From positions 16,360 to 48,359 of the forward strand of contig JAIRQE010000024.1 in NCBI GenBank assembly GCA_031256725.1: a DNA stretch of 32,000 nucleotides, read 5' to 3'. Shown here in pieces: positions 26,998-32,000 of the stretch; the first letter of the stretch is position 1, and each line of letters begins with the position of its first letter. The notes under the pieces were generated by a model that was not told where the DNA came from, made no database searches, and was given only the letters and a program-made list of their open reading frames with translations. The translations under genes were made by a program, and so were the position numbers. Origin of the DNA: Propionibacteriaceae bacterium. GTDB lineage: Bacteria > Actinomycetota > Actinomycetes > Propionibacteriales > Propionibacteriaceae.

Positions 26998-28248
26998 ATG
27001 ACAACAGTTCCACATGCTCATCGCCCCAATTACAAGTATGTTCTCATGCTTGGATCCATGTGCGCCCTGGGAGCGATTTCAACCGACATCTATCTTCCCA
27101 ACCTACCTGATGTACAAACGGACCTAGGTTCGACTGCGGCTGCGGCCCAGTTCACGATCACGGCCATGATGGTTGGTAATGCTTTCGGTCAGCTTTTCAT
27201 TGGCCCCATGTCGGATCGCTTCGGTCGACGTCTTCCCGTTCTCATCGGGGTTTCGATGCACATCGTGGTTTCTTTGCTGTGCGCCTTCGCCCCTGCGATG
27301 CTTCCGTTGATCGTCTTTCGAGCCTGTCAAGGGTTCTTCAATGCTGCCACTGCTGTGGTTGCGATGGCTGTGATCCGTGATCGTTTCGTGGGTAGGGATG
27401 CATCCCGACTCATGGCTCGGCTCCTGCTCGTCATTGGCGTTGCCCCACTGTTTGCTCCAACCATTGGTGGGTACATTGGTGACTGGGTTTCCTGGCGTGG
27501 AGTCTTCGTTGTCCTAGCACTCTATGGCGCCTTCCTTTTGGTGGTTGTACTCATCAAACTGCCAGAAACTCTGCCTCCTGAACGTCGGGTATCATCGGTG
27601 ACCTCAACCTGGAAGGGGTACCTTGTTCTCCTGCGGGATCGCCACTTCATGGTTTTGGCGGTACTCCCCTCCCTATCCACCTGTGTTCTGATGAGTTATG
27701 TTGTCGGCTCCCCCTATGTCTTCAAACAGGCCTATCAGATGTCGACCACCCAGTTTGGTGTGCTCTTCGCTATTAACGGATTCGGTTTGGTTGCAGGCGC
27801 TCAGGTGGGTGCAGCTTTCATGAAGCGGTTCAATCCTGCGGTGATGCTTCGGTTCACCATCCCCGTCATGGCAGTACTCACTGGCTGGCTCTTTGTCGTA
27901 TGCCTGACAGGAATAGGCGGACTACCACTGATCCTGGTTTCCCTGTTCATGGTCTGTTTCTTCATCAACTTCGGCCCACCGAATGCGTCAACCTTGGCCT
28001 TGGGTCGCCACGGTGAACGAGCAGGTACGGCCGCTGCCTGTATCGGGTTCCTCCAGTTCGGTATCGCTGGAATGGTCGCTCCTATTGTGGGCTTGCTGGG
28101 GGAAAATGCGCGAGCCATGGGCACTGTGATGTTTGCCGCCTCCATGGTTGCCGTTTGTACTGTCGCCATCGGAACACCCTTGTTCCGTCGCGGCGGAGCA
28201 GCCCAGATGGATGAAGCAGCTATTCGACCGATAGGTCCACAAGACTAA
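26998..28248 (+). CDS. MFS transporter, Bcr/CflA drug-resistance subfamily
   Basis: 416 aa, 12-TM profile. The MFS motif A-like GPMSDRFGRR and the N-terminal pattern LGALGAISTDIYLPNLPDV are typical of Bcr/CflA. Confidence 0.85.
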   Translation: MTTVPHAHRPNYKYVLMLGSMCALGAISTDIYLPNLPDVQTDLGSTAAAAQFTITAMMVGNAFGQLFIGPMSDRFGRRLPVLIGVSMHIVVSLLCAFAPAMLPLIVFRACQGFFNAATAVVAMAVIRDRFVGRDASRLMARLLLVIGVAPLFAPTIGGYIGDWVSWRGVFVVLALYGAFLLVVVLIKLPETLPPERRVSSVTSTWKGYLVLLRDRHFMVLAVLPSLSTCVLMSYVVGSPYVFKQAYQMSTTQFGVLFAINGFGLVAGAQVGAAFMKRFNPAVMLRFTIPVMAVLTGWLFVVCLTGIGGLPLILVSLFMVCFFINFGPPNASTLALGRHGERAGTAAACIGFLQFGIAGMVAPIVGLLGENARAMGTVMFAASMVAVCTVAIGTPLFRRGGAAQMDEAAIRPIGPQD

Positions 28249-28302
28249 AGCGCAGCCCCCTAACGGGCGACTAGGTCCCCCCAGCCGCCCGCCCCCCCAC
28301 CT

Positions 28303-28336
28303 GTACCTCTGCCAAACGGCCGTGAGCAGAGGGTAC
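28303..28336. terminator. Hairpin between convergent genes (possible bidirectional terminator)
   Basis: gtacctctgc (28303-28312) pairs with gcagagggtac (28326-28336), with one bulge and a 13-nt loop. There is no clear U-tract, so support is weak. Confidence 0.35.
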
Positions 28337-28348
28337 GTGTGCGAGTCC

Positions 28349-28753
28349 CTAGAGGGTTTCGCGGTCGATGCGCGCCAAGGCTTCCTTCCATTGAGCAGTC
28401 AGCTTGGCCACATCAAAATCGGCAGTTGAGTGATCATGACAGATTGTGATCTTTGTACTCGTAGGACTGAGTTCCTCAAGGGTTACGTCAACCCATGTCT
28501 TCGGGGAATCGTCATCTTTATGCCATGAGAATCGAATCTCTTCGAGGGGATGGAAGGAGCGTGTTACTCCCCAGGTGCCATCTGTGGCTCTCCAAGTGTC
28601 ACCCTTGTCACCAAGGCTTGCACCCTCCCCAAGCAGCGCTGTTTGGCCGTCTTCAGTCAGAAGGACCGCCCACACAGTTTTGACCGGAAAGTCCACCACA
28701 CGTGAGACCACGGTGGTGACTGACGCTTGTGAATCGGAAACCTGCTCCGTCAT
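28349..28753 (-). CDS. SRPBCC-superfamily protein (AHSA1/START-like)
   Basis: The ORF extends to 28885. The ATG at 28753 (MTEQVSDSQASVTTVVSRVVDFPVKTVWAVLLTEDG) gives a 134-aa protein with the usual SRPBCC opening. The upstream extension is Cys/Arg-rich junk. Confidence 0.6.
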   Translation of the reverse strand: MTEQVSDSQASVTTVVSRVVDFPVKTVWAVLLTEDGQTALLGEGASLGDKGDTWRATDGTWGVTRSFHPLEEIRFSWHKDDDSPKTWVDVTLEELSPTSTKITICHDHSTADFDVAKLTAQWKEALARIDRETL

Positions 28754-28950
28754 AATAAAGCCTTTCTGATCTGCCAGGGTCACCCTGGCTGACGAGCATC
28801 GTCGCTCGTTACAACAAGACCATACTCCGACCCGGCCTATATGAAAAGAGAAAAACCTAGACAGAAGCCAAGTATTCGCCAACATTGCGGCAAATTTCCT
28901 TGAAAGACGGGATTTTCGATGATTTACATGGATTCATCTAGAGTGGACGT

Positions 28951-29829
28951 GTGCATATCAATCCTCTTCCTCTGGTAATGCTGTGCTTCCTTGGGGTGGC
29001 CGGGTGTAGCCATCCTCCATCCGCTGAGTATGGGCCCGATTTCACCCAACCTGGGCTCGCATCTGCCATGGTTGAAACCCTCATGGTTGAAGCTGGTACC
29101 ACCCGGGTCATCCATGTCGAGATCAGCACAACTGAGGTACAGATCTCGGTTGTCCGTGGTCGTGATGTCACCAGTTTCGCTTATCGTAACGGCCAGATTT
29201 CCACCATCGACTCTGACATTGAGTATGTCGGCCAAGCCATCTTCGACCCACGAGGGTTCAACCTTGAAACCATCGATTCCCTCTTCGCTCAGGCTGCAAC
29301 CTGGTCGGGCTCCAGTCGCGGACAGCGCCTCCAGATCCTTGACTATTCCTCGGGAGATCTCTACATGGCGGTCACCACCAATCCCGAAACCCTGCCTGTG
29401 TTCTTCGATGCTGACGGTGAGTTGGTACGTCCCATAGTTGCCAAGGATTTGGGTACATCCCTAGCTGAGTTCCTGGAAATCGACCAGGAGGTGGTACGTG
29501 TTGGAGTCGAGGTGGATGGGACCCTTTACGCAGACATCCCCGCTGGCGAAGATCAGGTATGGAGGATCCTCAGCAACGAAAGGTTCCCCACCCGTGAACA
29601 TGTGAAGTCTGAATCCAATCAACCTGAGTCCTTCCATTCTTCTATGCTCACCAATTCAGTACTTGATCGGCTCATAACTAGTGCCTCCATCCATCTCAAG
29701 TCTCCAGTAGATTCTGGAATCACTATGGTAATTGAGTGTGAGATGGGTGAGAGGTACCCGTCGATACATGTCAGCAAGGGTGGCACCAAGGTTGTGATGC
29801 ATCTAGATGGAACCCTCAAAACAAAGTGA
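28951..29829 (+). CDS. Lipoprotein, hypothetical
   Basis: 292 aa. Signal peptide plus lipobox LCFLGVAGC. The sequence looks beta-rich, with four loosely similar ~60-aa modules. Confidence 0.6.
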   Translation: MHINPLPLVMLCFLGVAGCSHPPSAEYGPDFTQPGLASAMVETLMVEAGTTRVIHVEISTTEVQISVVRGRDVTSFAYRNGQISTIDSDIEYVGQAIFDPRGFNLETIDSLFAQAATWSGSSRGQRLQILDYSSGDLYMAVTTNPETLPVFFDADGELVRPIVAKDLGTSLAEFLEIDQEVVRVGVEVDGTLYADIPAGEDQVWRILSNERFPTREHVKSESNQPESFHSSMLTNSVLDRLITSASIHLKSPVDSGITMVIECEMGERYPSIHVSKGGTKVVMHLDGTLKTK

Positions 29830-30077
29830 GCTCCATTCGTAACATTTTCATGAGGGAGGGTGGGAGATATCTGTTCTGGGACGTCTCCCGAGCAGAGGAT
29901 CTGCTTCCAAATGGGATCAGATCTGTGAGTGCCCAGAATAGATATGTCACCCTTCCCACAAAACTAAGGTGACCTCCACATTGCACGATTATTGGGGGAC
30001 ACATAGGGGCACTATCTTAATTTCATATGGCAGAAACACGCTAAAATAGAATTAAGACATACATTGAAGGAGTCCGT

Positions 30078-30980
30078 GTGACTAATCCAGTTCTTGCGAA
30101 ATCAGAGGCTTTCTCCCCCAATTTCGTTCAGCACCAGACCTATGGCCCCGCTGGGCAGTACCAATCCTATGATCCTAATCAACCCCAGGCGCAGTACCCA
30201 GGTCAGTATCCTGGCACTGAGCAGTACGCTCCTCAAGGCCAGCAGCCTGGGTATAACCAGTCCTGGCAGATGCCCACTCCTCCAGAACCCAAGATGACCC
30301 TTGATGATGTTCTCACCAAGACTGGCATCACCTTGGGCCTGATGATTGTCGTGGCTGTTGGCACTGTATCCATCGCTACGGCTCTGGGGATCAACCCTGG
30401 TCTCCTGATGGGTGCAGGACTCATCGCAGGTCTCGCCACCATCATCTTCCCTTTCATTGCTGCAGCACGTCGCAAGATCGGCCCCGGGATCGCAATCCCC
30501 TTCGCCATTCTTGAAGGTGTGTTCATCGGCGCTATCTCATGGATGTTCGGCTCAGTCTATGATGGCATCGTTCTTCAGGCTGTACTCGCCACCCTCGTTG
30601 CCGCCGGCATCACACTGGCTGCATTCAAGTTCGGGAACTTCAGGCTCTCCTCCAGAATGCGCAAGATTGTGTCGATGTCGATGTTTGCCTTCGTTGGTGT
30701 GGCCCTCGTCAACTTGATTCTTTCGTTCACTGGTGTTCTCGCCAATGGCGGTCTCTTCCCGGGACCCCACGGTGAGGTCACGATCTGGGCGTGGGTTGCC
30801 GCAGGTGTTGGAACAGTACTCGCTGTCCTCTCACTTGTCGACGACTTCCAATACATTGAGCAGGGTATCCACAATGGTGCTCCCGCTTCTGAGTCGTGGA
30901 GGGCTGCCTATGGCCTCACAGTCACCCTAGTGTGGCTCTATGTGAACCTTCTAAGAATCCTGTCCTATCTTCGCAGGTAG
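30078..30980 (+). CDS. Bax inhibitor-1/YccA-family membrane protein with P/Q/Y-rich N-terminal extension
   Basis: GTG start with GAAGGAG 6 nt upstream. N-terminus MTNPVLAKSEAF (typical of the actinobacterial BaxI_1 family), a ~70-aa low-complexity P/Q/Y region, then 6-7 TM helices. Confidence 0.8.
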   Translation: MTNPVLAKSEAFSPNFVQHQTYGPAGQYQSYDPNQPQAQYPGQYPGTEQYAPQGQQPGYNQSWQMPTPPEPKMTLDDVLTKTGITLGLMIVVAVGTVSIATALGINPGLLMGAGLIAGLATIIFPFIAAARRKIGPGIAIPFAILEGVFIGAISWMFGSVYDGIVLQAVLATLVAAGITLAAFKFGNFRLSSRMRKIVSMSMFAFVGVALVNLILSFTGVLANGGLFPGPHGEVTIWAWVAAGVGTVLAVLSLVDDFQYIEQGIHNGAPASESWRAAYGLTVTLVWLYVNLLRILSYLRR

Positions 30981-31124
30981 GTTCGCAGACACCACATGTC
31001 AGTGTCATTGTCAGAGGCCGTATCTCATGGCACCTAAATCGCTTCGATGAGCCACTCCAAATACACGATCATGTACCTCTGAGAAGTGTCATGAGATATG
31101 TCCCCTGACACGCGCAGACATGGA

Positions 31125-31163
31125 ATCCCCCGGCCCTCACCGCCGGGGGATCTTCTAATTCTT
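31125..31163 (+). terminator. Rho-independent terminator
   Basis: Perfect 10-bp stem atcccccggc / gccgggggat (31125-31134 / 31142-31151) with a 7-nt loop, followed by cttctaattctt. Confidence 0.7.
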
Positions 31164-31268
31164 GAGGGGGATCACCTATGAACAATCCCACTAGGGGCTA
31201 CCCCGGATTCCCCCTACTCTCGTACAAATCCACTCACCCTGGCAACCAAGTCGGACTAGACTGATCCT

Positions 31269-31610
31269 ATGACTCACGATCCGGAAGCCGCGTGGCCCCT
31301 CACTGACACAACCCCAGGGTACTTCCCCTCCACGACTCCCCAGCAGATGCCACCCAGCCAGATGATGCCCTATACAGGAAGCCCACAGTACACCCCCGCT
31401 AAACCAACCCCAGGCTTCAGTGTCACCCCAGACAACAGCACAATGAGACCCGGTCATCGCATCGCCATCCTAGCCATCATCCTTGGTGCTGCCGTGCCCC
31501 TCACTGCCATCTCAGCCAGCTACTTCGAGTTCCTCGGAATGATAGTGAGTTGGGCAGGAATAGTCTTCGTAACCGCCATAGCCTTCGGTGTAGGAATCCG
31601 CCGAAACTGA
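31269..31610 (+). CDS. Small membrane protein with Pro-rich N-terminus, hypothetical
   Basis: 113 aa. A ~60-aa P/Q/T/Y-rich N-terminal half, then two TM helices (IAILAIILGAAVPLTAISA, IVSWAGIVFVTAIAFGVGI). No family recognised. Confidence 0.5.
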   Translation: MTHDPEAAWPLTDTTPGYFPSTTPQQMPPSQMMPYTGSPQYTPAKPTPGFSVTPDNSTMRPGHRIAILAIILGAAVPLTAISASYFEFLGMIVSWAGIVFVTAIAFGVGIRRN

Positions 31611-31634
31611 CCTCCACGAGCCGTTTCTATCCGT

Positions 31635-31868
31635 TCAAACAAGCCCAGAGGTGAGGGTACAACGTACCCCCAAGCAAGCACTAGTGACGCATTCACACAA
31701 GCGAAGGGCAAGATCGGGATACATCCGCCCAGCACCCTTGTTATTCATGATCAAACAAGCGGAGGGTGGGGTACATCTGTCCCAAACCATATTCCCGAAC
31801 GGAGGAATTATTTCCCAAGGAAACAACTATGTGAGTGTGTTTGGGACAGATGTACCCCACTCTTCGCG
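31635..31868. repeat. Non-coding repeat cluster: three direct ~35-nt repeats phased at exactly 58 nt plus one inverted copy
   Basis: TCA[A/C]ACAAGC starts at 31635, 31693 and 31751. Each is followed by GGG[T/A]TACA...CCC. An inverted copy at 31839-31868 forms a perfect 22-bp inverted repeat with 31766-31787. Confidence 0.6.
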
Positions 31869-32000
31869 CACACAAACAACACTCTAGTCCGAAAATAACT
31901 GGTGTTTGGGCAGGGTTGTGTGTCTGGTGGGATGCACCATTGTGGTTGTGATCGAGTGTTGTGTCAGTCTGTTTGTTGGAGGGTGACTGTGTATCCAAGT

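Noticed and set aside
31635-31868. CRISPR array interpretation of the 58-nt phased repeats.
   Set aside because: The repeat bodies are only about 60-70% identical to each other, there are only three direct copies, the inter-repeat segments are ~20 nt (too short for spacers), and no cas genes are in view.
31960-32000. Start of a 16S rRNA gene at the window end (ggagggt resembles the first bases of some actinobacterial 16S genes).
   Set aside because: The sequence after ggagggt (gactgtgtatccaagt) does not continue as the conserved T(T/C)GAT(C/T)CTGGCTCAG. At most this is leader sequence.

Overview
The window looks like actinobacterial chromosome, judged by eye at mid-50s % GC, with frequent GTG/TTG starts and ATGA-type overlapping genes. 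Most of it is housekeeping. It holds about 27 credible CDS and one tRNA-His. Recognisable genes are a 5-gene Opp/Dpp-type peptide ABC operon, eda, pntAB, tkt, a MoxR / DUF58 / transglutaminase triad, a Bcr/CflA-type MFS pump, a Bax-inhibitor/YccA protein and a U32-family Fe-S protein. The candidates most worth follow-up are: (1) a 3-gene NitT/TauT-type ABC uptake operon whose ATPase is fused in-frame to an intact M20 (ArgE/DapE/YlmB-type) amidohydrolase, implying import coupled to deacylation. (2) An AT-rich islet just 3' of tRNA-His that encodes a single-chain tandem-duplicated Phd/YefM antitoxin-like protein with no toxin partner. (3) A second AT-rich islet (about 21.1-22.6 kb) with a Cys-rich lipoprotein and an FtsX-permease remnant. 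(4) Non-coding repeat structures: three repeats phased at exactly 58 bp plus a perfect 22-bp inverted repeat at 31.6-31.9 kb, and a degenerate ~19-nt periodic repeat at 15.6-15.8 kb. (5) GTAC over-represented in the stretch I hand-counted. All family names come from my own reading of motifs. No database search was possible, and coordinates of short motifs were indexed by hand.
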